A stretch of 32,000 bases of DNA. It comes from an uncultured Chloroflexia bacterium. GTDB taxonomy: Bacteria > Chloroflexota > Ktedonobacteria > Ktedonobacterales > JADMIN01. The notes under the pieces were generated by a model that ran no database searches, was not told the origin of the DNA, and was given only the letters and a program-made list of their open reading frames with translations. Numbering within the stretch: the stretch's first letter is position 1; each line of letters opens with the position of its first letter. The stretch is from the NCBI GenBank assembly GCA_963718915.1, contig CAVRAI010000004.1, positions 810,001 to 842,000 on the forward strand, in the 5' to 3' direction. Of the stretch, positions 1-8,537 are shown piece by piece. The position numbers and the translations under genes are program-made.

Positions 1-77
1 GTATCTGAAGCGGCGTGCTATACTGCTCCAACCCACATAATGGTGTCTGCGAACCATGTCCGCAAGGAGCCAGACGC

Positions 78-932
78 ATGATCATTGACTTCCATACCCA
101 TATCTTTCCACCAGAAATCATCGCACAGAGAGCGCGATTTGTTGCGCTCGATCCGTGGTTTGCTGAACTGTACAGTAGTCCGCGCGCCAAAATGGCCGAC
201 GCGAATGACCTGGTGGCTTCGATGGATGCCGATGGCGTTGACTGCTCAGTTACGTTTCCGTTTGGCTGGAGCGATGCCGGACTGATCGAGGACTGTAATA
301 GCTACGTGATCGAGACGATGCAGCGGTACCCCGGGCGCGTCATTGGGTTGGCGGCGGCGCAGCCACTGGCGGGCGCGCGGTCAGTGGCCGAGGTCGAGCG
401 GTGCGCGCGTGGGGGTATGCCTGGCATCGGCGAGTTGATGCCACATGGTCAGGGATATCGGCTCAGTGAGACGCAGTATTTCGAGCCACTTGCCGAGGTC
501 GCGCGCGCGTACAATCTCTTTATCCTGACGCATACGAGCGAGCCGATTGGTCATCTCTATGCGGGAAAAGGCGATGTGACGCCCGCCGAATTACAGGCAT
601 TTCTGGTCGCGTTTCCCGATCTACGCATTGTCGCGTCGCATTGGGGAGGGGGATATCCCTTCTACGAGCTGATGCCAGAGGTTCATGCGGCGGCAGCGCA
701 TCTCTGGTATGATTCCGCCGCCTCGCTCTATCTCTACCGGCCTGAGATTTTTGCTATCGTCGCACGTATCGCCGGGGCAGAGAAGATTCTGTGGGCCAGC
801 GACTTTCCGCTGTTGGGTCAGCGACGCATGCTGGACTATGCGCGTGCGTCAGGCCTATCCGATGCCGATCTGGGACTGGCGCTCGGCGGCAATGCCGCCA
901 TGCTGCTTGGAGCGGCGCTCGCCAACGGGTGA
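78..932 (+). CDS. amidohydrolase-family (TIM-barrel metal-dependent hydrolase) protein
   Basis: ORF 15..932. The N-terminus IIDFHTHIFPP carries the HxH metal motif of Amidohydro_2-type enzymes. The ATG at 78 is preceded by AAGGAG (64-69), so the 21 upstream codons are probably untranslated. Confidence 0.8.
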   Translation: MIIDFHTHIFPPEIIAQRARFVALDPWFAELYSSPRAKMADANDLVASMDADGVDCSVTFPFGWSDAGLIEDCNSYVIETMQRYPGRVIGLAAAQPLAGARSVAEVERCARGGMPGIGELMPHGQGYRLSETQYFEPLAEVARAYNLFILTHTSEPIGHLYAGKGDVTPAELQAFLVAFPDLRIVASHWGGGYPFYELMPEVHAAAAHLWYDSAASLYLYRPEIFAIVARIAGAEKILWASDFPLLGQRRMLDYARASGLSDADLGLALGGNAAMLLGAALANG

Positions 933-981
933 GTGACTTGCGTTCCCAGGGGGAGGGGGATACGATAGGCGAAGACGGTCG

Positions 982-1935
982 GTGTATGTGTTTGGTTGGG
1001 TTCGTTCTTGCGTCGTCCTGGCGCTTTTTCAGCAAATAGAGCCTCTGGCGAAAGCGCGGTGTGTCGTGCGGGTAGTCTCACTTGGCAGCGGCAGCGACGG
1101 GAATGCCATTCTCGTGCAGAACGACACGACGACCGTTCTGGTGGATGATGGCTTTGGGGTGAAGGAACTGAAAAGCCGCCTGCATCAGGCGCATGTCAGG
1201 CCAGAGGATATCAACGCGATCCTGCTTACGCACGAGCACTCCGACCACGCGGGCGGCGCGCGAATGTTCGCGCGCCACTTTGGCATCCCGCTGATTGCCG
1301 ACCCACGGACTCTCAATGCGCTCTGCGCGACGCCAGAACGCGGCATGCCGGGTGCGCCGCCACCGGAACGTGTCGAGATGCCTGTTGGGCGCGCATTGTC
1401 ATGGGGCAGGATCGAGATCGTGAGCTTTCCCGTCTCGCATGACGCCGTGGCGCCTTGTGGCTACGTGCTCTCCAGTGCGGCCTGGCGCGTCTTTGTGGCG
1501 ACCGATACGGGGATGGTGACGGATGCGATGCTCGAAGCCATGCGAACGGCGCATCTGATCATTATCGAGGCGAACCACGATCGCGACCGCCTGTTGAACG
1601 GCCCCTATCCCTGGTACCTCAAGCAGCGAATTCTCGGCCCGACGGGCCATCTTTCTAACGATCAGACCAAGCTTGCTCTGGAAAAAGTGCTGGACGATGG
1701 GCCGCGCTGGCTCTGGCTGGCCCACCTGAGCCGAACGAATAATACGCCCGACATCGCTCGCGCCTGCATTCGCGAACATCTGCGGCAGTGTGGGCTGCGC
1801 CACATTCGGCCAGAACCGCTGCCCCACGCGTTCGGACCGATGTGGGATAGCGCAGCGCTTTGGGCGACTCCGCCAAAATCTTCACCAGACGATGCTGCCA
1901 CCCCTTCTACAGCGGCGAACGGTGGTAGAGAATAG
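982..1935 (+). CDS. MBL-fold metallo-hydrolase
   Basis: SLGSGSDGNA N-terminal strand and THEHSDH (HxHxDH) zinc motif. The true start may be the GTG at 1066, giving MRVVSLGSGS. No strong RBS is seen at either start. Confidence 0.85.
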   Translation: MYVFGWVRSCVVLALFQQIEPLAKARCVVRVVSLGSGSDGNAILVQNDTTTVLVDDGFGVKELKSRLHQAHVRPEDINAILLTHEHSDHAGGARMFARHFGIPLIADPRTLNALCATPERGMPGAPPPERVEMPVGRALSWGRIEIVSFPVSHDAVAPCGYVLSSAAWRVFVATDTGMVTDAMLEAMRTAHLIIIEANHDRDRLLNGPYPWYLKQRILGPTGHLSNDQTKLALEKVLDDGPRWLWLAHLSRTNNTPDIARACIREHLRQCGLRHIRPEPLPHAFGPMWDSAALWATPPKSSPDDAATPSTAANGGRE

Positions 1936-1945
1936 CACCTGTGTA

Positions 1946-2728
1946 TCAGTGCTCGTAGCGTTGCTGCTGTTCTTGCCCGCGTGCTCTGGTGCGGGCATCG
2001 AGATGTCGTGCCAGAGAAAGGTGCGCCCGGAACTGCAATGCGCTGATAGTGCCTGGTTTCTTTGACATAAATTTTGCCACTTCGTCGAGCGGGTAGCCAA
2101 GGACGCATCGATACAGGATGACAGATCGCTGATCTGGTGGGAGCTGTTTGAGAGCATCCACGGTCTCGGTCCAGCTTTCACGCGCCATCAGCACAAGCAG
2201 CGGATCGCCTTCCTCGGCGACACTTTGCGCCTCGTTGTTGTGCCTGTTCTTCAGCTCGACCTGGGGGTGTGTCTTCGTCCGGCGGTAATGCACCAGTACT
2301 TGATTGCGGGCGATGCCTAGCAGCCAGGCGGCAAAACTCAACTCGTCCGTTGCCCGTGTCGAGGCAATCCCGCGAATCATGGCGACGAAGGTTTCGGAGG
2401 TGACGTCTTCAGCAGAGGGAACATCCGCGACACGCGATATGATGTAGCGGAAGACGGCGGAGTTAAATCGGCGGTAGAGCATACCAATCGCGGGCTGATC
2501 GCTGCCTCTGGCGCGTATAAGCACCTGCTCAAAGGGGGTTGTTGGAGGCCAGGTCATCCCAACCCGCTCGGCATAGGTAGTGAAGCGATCGGGTGAGTTG
2601 GGCCGTGGTTGCTGTCGACAGTCGCCCACTGGGCACTCCTCTGCGCCTGCCGCCATTTCATCCCGTGACTGACTACGGGCGTGGCGGCCCGTAACAGCGC
2701 GGTTTCGTGGCGATGGTGTTGTGGCCAA
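1946..2728 (-). CDS. ECF-type RNA polymerase sigma-70 family factor
   Basis: Region 2 (LYRRFNSAVFRYIISRV...AEDVTSETF) and region 4 HTH (LPPDQRSVILYRCVLGYPLDEVAKFMSKKPGTISALQFRA). The track ORF begins at a TTG. The internal ATG at 2557 (MTWPP...) would give about 203 aa, which is typical. The start is uncertain. Confidence 0.85.
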   Translation of the reverse strand: MATTPSPRNRAVTGRHARSQSRDEMAAGAEECPVGDCRQQPRPNSPDRFTTYAERVGMTWPPTTPFEQVLIRARGSDQPAIGMLYRRFNSAVFRYIISRVADVPSAEDVTSETFVAMIRGIASTRATDELSFAAWLLGIARNQVLVHYRRTKTHPQVELKNRHNNEAQSVAEEGDPLLVLMARESWTETVDALKQLPPDQRSVILYRCVLGYPLDEVAKFMSKKPGTISALQFRAHLSLARHLDARTRARGQEQQQRYEH

Positions 2729-2757
2729 TCAATGCACCGGAGTTCTCTTATCCTGAC

Positions 2758-2789
2758 AATTATACGTCGGGAGTGTTCGGGTGCTGTCA
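2758..2789 (-). promoter_or_regulatory. candidate sigma-70-type promoter upstream of the sigma-factor gene
   Basis: The minus strand reads TTGACA (2789-2784), a 20-nt spacer, then TATAAT (2763-2758). Both hexamers are consensus, but the spacer is longer than the usual 17+/-1. Confidence 0.3.
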
Positions 2790-2916
2790 ATAGAATGCCC
2801 ATGTGTGCTATGGCCCAAATGAGATCCGCTTGTGATCACGCTATGATCCATATGTGACCGGGGTGACGGCGTGGAGTCATACCAATTCCGGCTGGGTTGT
2901 TGTAAGTGGGGAGCGT

Positions 2917-2989
2917 GCCGGAAGCCCAAAGGCCCCGGCGAATGAGGCGGAGCGGCGGGAAATTCGCCGTAGCGTTCACGCTACGGTCT
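2917..2989 (+). repeat. family-2 bipartite intergenic repeat, copy A
   Basis: gCCGGaaGCCcaaaGGCccCCGGc (2917-2939), a spacer, then attcg-CCGTAGCG-ttca-CGCTACGG-tct (2962-2989). The same architecture occurs at 14220, 16689, 21101 and 21222. Confidence 0.8.
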
Positions 2990-3071
2990 GCCTCCGTATG
3001 ACAACAGTCCAACCGGATGGAGTATCACTTGTTCCGCGGATCGTCTGGTAATGATGAGGTGGGGTGTTCAG

Positions 3072-3115
3072 GAAAAAGAATAGAGACGTGCGCACCCAAA
3101 ATGGTGTCACGTCTC
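3072..3115 (-). terminator. intrinsic terminator downstream of acpP
   Basis: The minus strand reads GAGACGTGaCACCattttGGGTGcgCACGTCTC followed by TATTCTTTTT. This is a long GC-rich hairpin plus a T-tract, about 65 nt after the acpP stop. Confidence 0.6.
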
Positions 3116-3163
3116 CTGGCATATTGCGCCGCACGACCGCGAATGGTCGTGTTGAGTTGTGTG

Positions 3164-3210
3164 CTCGAAGATGTAGCCTACGGCGTTTTCTCGAAGATGT
3201 AGTCTACGGC
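3164..3210. repeat. 21-nt direct duplication (period 26) spanning the acpP stop codon
   Basis: ctcgaagatgtagCctacggc (3164-3184) and ctcgaagatgtagTctacggc (3190-3210). The second copy encodes AVDYIFE of ACP. The first copy supplies the TAG stop. Confidence 0.8.
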
Positions 3211-3429
3211 TTCGCCAACCGTGGTGAGCTTCTCGGCGTCATCGTCGCTGATCTGGAGGCCAAATTGCTCCTCCAGGGACATGATCAACTCGACCAGATC
3301 GAGCGAGTCAGCGTTGAGATCCTCAGTGAACGATGCTGTATCGGTCACCTCACTCTCATCCACGCCGAGCTGTTCCGCAATCACGGGCTTGAGCTTCCCC
3401 ATGATCTCTTCTTTGGACATTGACGCCAT
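3178..3429 (-). CDS. acpP: acyl carrier protein
   Basis: 83 aa with the phosphopantetheine attachment motif [20 protein letters not shown]. The start ATG overlaps the nusB stop (TAATG). Confidence 0.95.
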   Translation of the reverse strand: MASMSKEEIMGKLKPVIAEQLGVDESEVTDTASFTEDLNADSLDLVELIMSLEEQFGLQISDDDAEKLTTVGEAVDYIFEKTP

Positions 3430-3884
3430 TACCTGACCTCACTTCCGGCACCTGATGCCGACAATCCTGATAATCCCTGTGTACGGTTGAAAATCGTGCC
3501 CAGCACGCCATTCACAAAGCGGCTTGATGTGTCACTGCCAAACGATTTGGCGAGTTCCACCGCTTCATTGATGGCAGCCTTTGCTGGCACAGAATTATTG
3601 TACAGAATCTCGTAAATTGCAAGCCTCAGGACATTCTTGTCGATTCGCGCCATCTGCGCAATCGGCCACTCAGGAGCCACTTCCTGAATGGTAGTGTCAA
3701 TCGCATCGAGATGTTCGAGCACACCATGCACCAGTTCACCCGCATACTCGGCCACGCGCGGTGAGAGCCGCCGCTCCTCCACATGCCGCTGGATGACAAT
3801 TTCCACGTCATGGTGGGCGGTATCATACTCATAGAGCGTTTGTAGCGCCGTGATGCGAGCCTGACGGCGAAGCGTTGTGCGCAT
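3429..3884 (-). CDS. nusB: transcription antitermination factor NusB
   Basis: [13 protein letters not shown]...[26 protein letters not shown], the characteristic NusB helices. Size is 151 aa. Confidence 0.9.
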   Translation of the reverse strand: MRTTLRRQARITALQTLYEYDTAHHDVEIVIQRHVEERRLSPRVAEYAGELVHGVLEHLDAIDTTIQEVAPEWPIAQMARIDKNVLRLAIYEILYNNSVPAKAAINEAVELAKSFGSDTSSRFVNGVLGTIFNRTQGLSGLSASGAGSEVR

Positions 3885-3888
3885 AGGT

Positions 3889-4302
3889 CTACGCTACATC
3901 CTGAACATACACATTGATCTCGCTGGCCCGCATTCCCAGAATGTGGTCAACAGCCTGCCCCACAGCCTCCTGCACTGCCACGCCAATCGCGATAAGATTG
4001 ACGTCTGGTTGTGCGATCAGATAGAGATCAATGGAAACAACATCGTCGCGCATGACCAGTGCAACCCCATGAATTGGTAAGGAGCGGCCAATCAGATGCG
4101 GCCACTGGCTGACGTTCATTGCCAGTCGCGCCACACCCTGCACGCTTAGCGCGGCCTCTTCGATGACTGTCCGCAACACCCGACGGGCAATTCGTACAGT
4201 GCCGAGGTTCTCGGACGCATAGTCGGAATCTGGCAGAGATGATGTCTCCACAGATTCCGCGCCAGCCTGGCCATCAGGCGCGCCGTTCCGCGCTGTCGTC
4301 AT
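3889..4302 (-). CDS. Asp23/Gls24-family (alkaline shock-like) protein
   Basis: The core GTVRIARRVLRTVIEEAALSVQGVARL...INVYVQDV matches the Asp23 family pattern. The position next to nusB is as in Firmicutes (yqhY-nusB). Confidence 0.8.
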   Translation of the reverse strand: MTTARNGAPDGQAGAESVETSSLPDSDYASENLGTVRIARRVLRTVIEEAALSVQGVARLAMNVSQWPHLIGRSLPIHGVALVMRDDVVSIDLYLIAQPDVNLIAIGVAVQEAVGQAVDHILGMRASEINVYVQDVA

Positions 4303-4340
4303 GCCAAAGCCCCTCTCCGTGAAACCGCGACACGATACAC

Positions 4341-5366
4341 TCAGGCGCGTAATCGCTCCGCGGCGGGAGCGAGATCCGCTAGAGCGCCAACCGACACAAT
4401 CGTCACGCCCTTCGCGATGCGCCTGATCAATCCGGCGAGCACCTGGCCAACCCCAATCTCCACGAACGTCTCAACACCGTGATCGGCAAGATATTCTATC
4501 GTTCGCGTCCATTGTACCGGAGAGACAATCTGTTGCGCCAGTTCTTGCCGCAATTGAGACTCAGTAGTGAGAGGCTCAGCGGTAATATTCGCGATGACCG
4601 GCACGGCAGGAGTGGCCACTGGCGCCTCTCCGACGGCCGTGGCCAGCGCCTCGGCGGCAGGCGCCATCACGGGCGAATGAAATGCGCCACTTACCGCCAG
4701 CGGCACGACCCGCTTCGCGCCAGCCGCGCGCGCAAGCTCCATCGCTGTTTCTAGCGCGGGCATCGCGCCGGAAATGACAATTTGGCCAGGGGCATTATTG
4801 TTGGCGACAACCACGCGCCCCGCGCCTGGATGCCCAGCCAACTCGTCCGCTGAGAGTGCTGCCCGCGTCACGTCGGTTGCCTCGGCGCAGATGGAAGTCA
4901 GCGCGTCAGCGTCTAGACCAAGCACCGCCGCCATGCCGCTGTGACAGCGCAGACCCTCTTCATGCATCAGCCGCCCGCGTTCGCGCACCAGGCGCAGCGT
5001 GTCCGCGACCCCGAGCGCTCCGGACGCGGCAACCGCGCTATACTCGCCGACGCTGTGGCCCGCGACAAATGCCGGTTGAATTGGGCCGCCTTGAATTGGA
5101 TCGGTACCCTTCTCAGCGCCTGCCGTCTCTTGCAAGGCCGCAAGTAGCGCCAGGCTGGTGGCGACGATGGCAGGCTGGGTGTTCACTGTTTCGCGGAGTG
5201 AAGACTCTGGCCCCTCGAAGCAGAGTGTTGAGAGCGGAAACCCCAGCGCATCATTTGCCATCTCGTACACCGATCGCGCGGCAGGAGACGCCTGATAGAT
5301 ATCTGCGCCCATCCCAACCGTCTGGCTTCCCTGGCCAGGGAAAACGAACGCGATGCGCTGGCCCAC
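4341..5366 (-). CDS. fabD: malonyl CoA-ACP transacylase
   Basis: FVFPGQGSQTVGMG and the active-site GHSVGEY motif. GTG start preceded by GGAGGGG. Confidence 0.95.
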   Translation of the reverse strand: MGQRIAFVFPGQGSQTVGMGADIYQASPAARSVYEMANDALGFPLSTLCFEGPESSLRETVNTQPAIVATSLALLAALQETAGAEKGTDPIQGGPIQPAFVAGHSVGEYSAVAASGALGVADTLRLVRERGRLMHEEGLRCHSGMAAVLGLDADALTSICAEATDVTRAALSADELAGHPGAGRVVVANNNAPGQIVISGAMPALETAMELARAAGAKRVVPLAVSGAFHSPVMAPAAEALATAVGEAPVATPAVPVIANITAEPLTTESQLRQELAQQIVSPVQWTRTIEYLADHGVETFVEIGVGQVLAGLIRRIAKGVTIVSVGALADLAPAAERLRA

Positions 5367-5421
5367 TCGTCCCCTCCATGCTTATTCGTGGCTTATTTGT
5401 GCTATTCGGACTTTTACTACC

Positions 5422-5622
5422 TTATTCCGTCGCGGCGCGACGCTCGCGTACCGGAATCACCTGTCGGCCACGATAGGTGCCGCAGTTGGGGCAGGCATGG
5501 TGAGAGAGCCGCGCCTGTTTGCACTGCGGGCAAATTTTCAACTGCGGAATCTTGATCTTGTGATGCTGGCGCCGGAAGCCCTGGCGCGAATTGGTCTGGC
5601 GTTTCTTTGGCAGCGCGCCCAC
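5422..5622 (-). CDS. rpmF: 50S ribosomal protein L32
   Basis: GALPKKRQTNSRQGFRRQHHK...CPQCKQARLSHHACPNCGTYRGRQV, a zinc-ribbon L32. The likely start is the GTG at 5622, preceded by GAGGATGAGGAG. The track ORF extends to 5655. Confidence 0.9.
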   Translation of the reverse strand: MGALPKKRQTNSRQGFRRQHHKIKIPQLKICPQCKQARLSHHACPNCGTYRGRQVIPVRERRAATE

Positions 5623-5944
5623 ACTCTTCTCCTCATCCTCATCATTGCACAGCATGGCCGCACCGCAGGCGAGTCATTCATCTCGCGCCGCTTCCGCGAA
5701 CACCTGCACACATCTGCGAACATCATTGTACGTGCCCGACCGCCGCGTCTCCAGGGCGCACAAAGCGATCAGGCACGCCAGATTTTCTCTACGCATCAGA
5801 CCTTGTCTTCACCGCCTGGTGAATTTGCTCTGATACGATCTTAGCGGCGCGCCGTCGAATAGAGTGCGCCACTAGCAGTCTATTGTATCATAGACAGGCG
5901 TCCGCGCACAGTCCAGCAGCGAAATGCGCCGCAATGCGCAAGCC

Positions 5945-6868
5945 TTACCCTGTGTGTGGTGGCTGCTGGCGGCGAATCATCATCAGCGGATTATGCCCCA
6001 GCGCCCGCTTGCACGCGGCGCAGACGTAGAAGCCTTCCGCCTCACGATACTCCAGCGCGGCGAGTGGGAAATGGATATAGCAAATGCCGCAGCGCGCGCT
6101 ATCTCCCTGGCTTGCCACCGCGCGATCCTGTGCGAAGAGTTCGTGGAGTGAATCGATCAGCGAACCGACCTCGCCACGAGATTCAGGGCGAAAAGGCTCG
6201 CGCGGCGTCGAGTCAGCGCCACCGTTCAGGCGCTCAATACGCCAGGTCGCTGGAACTGCGTCCGCGCCATTGCTCTCGCCGCCATCATAGTCACTAATAG
6301 CGCTGGTGGCGTCGGCGCGACGCTCACTGGGGGCGAAGCCATTGCCATGATGATGACCATTCTGCCCACTTTGCCCATTCATTCCCTGGTGCGAACCGCT
6401 AGCCGGGATGTAGGCGTGTCCCCCGCGCGAGGCCGCCGCAAATGGCGCGCGTCCCCGTGGATGGGCATTCTCAGAGTGTTCGGCAGGTATCGGGGGCTCA
6501 TCGCGCGATGGGGTGTCACTGACCGCCTCCGTCTGCTCAGGGCCAGTCATGCCCTCCGAACCGTCGGGCTGATTATTGAGAGCCTGAGCTGGAGGTTGGG
6601 GTTCGCGTCGCGACTCTGTCACCTCCTGCTGGGGCTGCGATTCAGGTTTCAGTTCAGATTTTTGTTCGGGCGGCTTTTCGTTCGACTGTGGCTCTCGCGC
6701 TGTAGCTGGCGGACCAGCGTTTTTTGTCTGACTTGAGCGGTTCTCTGGTCCGCGCTGGCGCGGCGGACCGTGACGTGACTTGGGGCTACCCCCGTTGCGT
6801 TTGTTGCGATTTGTATGTCCACTCATGGCGCATATGCTCCCACTCGAAGAGGCTTGCGATCCTTCCAC
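5945..6868 (-). CDS. hypothetical protein: low-complexity P/Q/E/S/G-rich N-terminal two-thirds plus C-terminal CxxC...CxxC zinc-ribbon-like domain
   Basis: Longest ORF in the region (307 aa, GTG start; alternative ATG at 6826). The C-terminus is SARCGICYIHFPLAALEYREAEGFYVCAACKRALG. No family recognised. Confidence 0.55.
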   Translation of the reverse strand: MEGSQASSSGSICAMSGHTNRNKRNGGSPKSRHGPPRQRGPENRSSQTKNAGPPATAREPQSNEKPPEQKSELKPESQPQQEVTESRREPQPPAQALNNQPDGSEGMTGPEQTEAVSDTPSRDEPPIPAEHSENAHPRGRAPFAAASRGGHAYIPASGSHQGMNGQSGQNGHHHGNGFAPSERRADATSAISDYDGGESNGADAVPATWRIERLNGGADSTPREPFRPESRGEVGSLIDSLHELFAQDRAVASQGDSARCGICYIHFPLAALEYREAEGFYVCAACKRALGHNPLMMIRRQQPPHTG

Positions 6869-7062
6869 TGCCGTATTCGATAAGCTCGGCGGCAGTGAGG
6901 CGCAGGTCAGCTACACGAGATGACTCAACGCCCTCGCGCCTGCGTGCCAGGCAGCGTGAATGCCTCAACGACTCATTATACACGCAATACTGAAAGGGGT
7001 TTCGCCACGGTGAATATGGCGCCGCAAGCAAAGTCGCCCGCGCACATCCTCCTCCCATCGCA

Positions 7063-7092
7063 TTGACACTGTTCCAGGGTCATTGCTATCCT
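7063..7092 (+). promoter_or_regulatory. candidate promoter of the aminotransferase-serA operon
   Basis: TTGACA (7063-7068), an 18-nt spacer, then TGcTATCCT (-10 at 7087-7092, extended TG). It lies about 130 nt upstream of ATG 7222. Confidence 0.35.
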
Positions 7093-7221
7093 TAAAGCAG
7101 CGCGAATACACCCACACCACTGTGATGCAGCGCCGCATCGCTGACGGGGGCACGCAACGCCTGCGGGCCGTATTTATCGGTGTTCGTCCGAATCCATTCT
7201 GACGAGGAGAGGCTTGCCCGT

Positions 7222-8340
7222 ATGCAACAGAATTTGCGTATCCCCGGTCCGACGCCGATTCCGCCCGCAGTCGCCGAAGCGATGGCACGGCCGATGATCA
7301 ACCATCGCGGCCCAGAGTTTGCCGCCATCATTGCCCGCGTCAGCGAGGGGCTTCAACACTTCTTTCAAACGACCCAGCCCGTGCTCGGTTTTCCCTCTTC
7401 CGGTTCAGGCGCGATGGAAGCTGCAATCGTGAACAGTTTCTCTCCTGGCGATGAAGTGCTTTCCGTCACCTGTGGCGCGTTTGGCAATCGTCTCGCCAAA
7501 ATCGCGGAGACCTTTGGCTTGAATGTCACACGGCATGCCATAGAGTGGGGGCATGCCGCAGACTCTGACGCCGTGGCGCAGGCGCTCGCGGCGATCCCGA
7601 ATCTGCGTGGTGTTCTGCTGACACATAACGAGACCTCGACTGGCATCACGAATGATATTCAGGCGCTGGCTCGCGTGATCCGGAACCAGCATCCAGACGC
7701 GCTCATCCTGGTGGATGCGGTCAGCTCGCTGGGTTGCGTTGATCTGCGCATGGACGAGTGGGATCTCGATGTTGTCTTCACTGGCTCGCAGAAGGGCTGG
7801 ATGGTTCCCCCCGGGCTGGCCATGATTGGTGTCAGCCCGCGCGCCTGGGCCGCCACCGAGCGCGCAACGCTCCCGCGCGCCTATTGGGATTTCCGCGCGG
7901 CGCGCAAGTCGCTAGAGAAGGGGCAGACCCCCTATACACCGCCCGTCAGCATCTACTATGGGCTGGACGTCTCGCTGCCAATGATGCGCGCGGAGGGACG
8001 CGACGCGATCTTCGCCCGACATCTCGCTGGTGGCACGCTGGTGCGCGAGCGCGCCCGCGCAATGGGGCTGCATCTCTTTGCCGACCCTGCCTTCGCCTCG
8101 AATACGGTGACGGCGATTGATGTACCCGACGGGGTGGATGGCAAGGCGTTGACGAAGGCGATGCGCGAGAATGAAGGCGTCGTCATCGCGGGGGGCCAGG
8201 AGCACCTGGAAGGCAGGATTATTCGTATCGGTCACCTTGGCTACTTCAACGAGGCTGACCTGACCGCCTGCATGGATGCCTTGGAACGGCAACTGGTCGC
8301 GCTTGGCCATCGCGTGCCGACGGGCGCGGCGGGCGCGTAA
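7222..8340 (+). CDS. class-V pyridoxal-phosphate aminotransferase (AGXT/serine-pyruvate type; possibly acts as phosphoserine aminotransferase)
   Basis: NLRIPGPTPIPP N-terminus, and FTGSQKGW with the PLP lysine. It lies directly upstream of serA. The ATG at 7222 follows GAGGAG. The track ORF starts at 7180. Confidence 0.85.
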   Translation: MQQNLRIPGPTPIPPAVAEAMARPMINHRGPEFAAIIARVSEGLQHFFQTTQPVLGFPSSGSGAMEAAIVNSFSPGDEVLSVTCGAFGNRLAKIAETFGLNVTRHAIEWGHAADSDAVAQALAAIPNLRGVLLTHNETSTGITNDIQALARVIRNQHPDALILVDAVSSLGCVDLRMDEWDLDVVFTGSQKGWMVPPGLAMIGVSPRAWAATERATLPRAYWDFRAARKSLEKGQTPYTPPVSIYYGLDVSLPMMRAEGRDAIFARHLAGGTLVRERARAMGLHLFADPAFASNTVTAIDVPDGVDGKALTKAMRENEGVVIAGGQEHLEGRIIRIGHLGYFNEADLTACMDALERQLVALGHRVPTGAAGA

Positions 8341-8383
8341 CCACGATGCCGGCCATCACACATGCTGTGCCTGTCTGTATTCG

Positions 8384-8440
8384 ACCTCTTCCGTCCCGCG
8401 GACACCCTTCCCTTGTGGGGAGGGCCGCGGCACGGGGAAA
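8384..8440 (+). repeat. family-1 C/G-tract hairpin repeat, degenerate copy
   Basis: CCCTTCCC-ttgt-GGGGAGGG (8405-8424) with diverged flanks, in the gap between the aminotransferase gene and serA. Confidence 0.5.
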
Positions 8441-8537
8441 GCACGGGCCTGGCCCCTTCTACCAATAGCAGAGAGGGCCAGCGGCTAAGGTAAAACAACG
8501 ACATCAATCACGATGAAATGGATTTGAGGAGAGCCTT

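Noticed and set aside
2729-3071. The long intergenic region between the sigma gene and acpP, considered as a possible ncRNA or small-protein locus (track ORFs 2729..2929, 2854..3051, 3017..3202)
   Set aside because: The content is explained by a family-2 repeat, a candidate promoter and the acpP terminator. The ORFs have no RBS or motifs. I recognised no known ncRNA signature, although a covariance-model scan would be needed to exclude one.
5674-5796. 40-codon minus-strand ORF (MRRENLACLIALCALETRRSG...) upstream of rpmF, considered as a YceD/DUF177 remnant
   Set aside because: It has no resemblance to the DUF177 Cys-cluster pattern that I can see, and only a weak RBS. It is too short to call.
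4856-5844. Plus-strand ORFs 4856..5476 and 5353..5844 spanning fabD, rpmF and the leader
   Set aside because: They are antisense to fabD and rpmF. They show no motifs and have no RBS.
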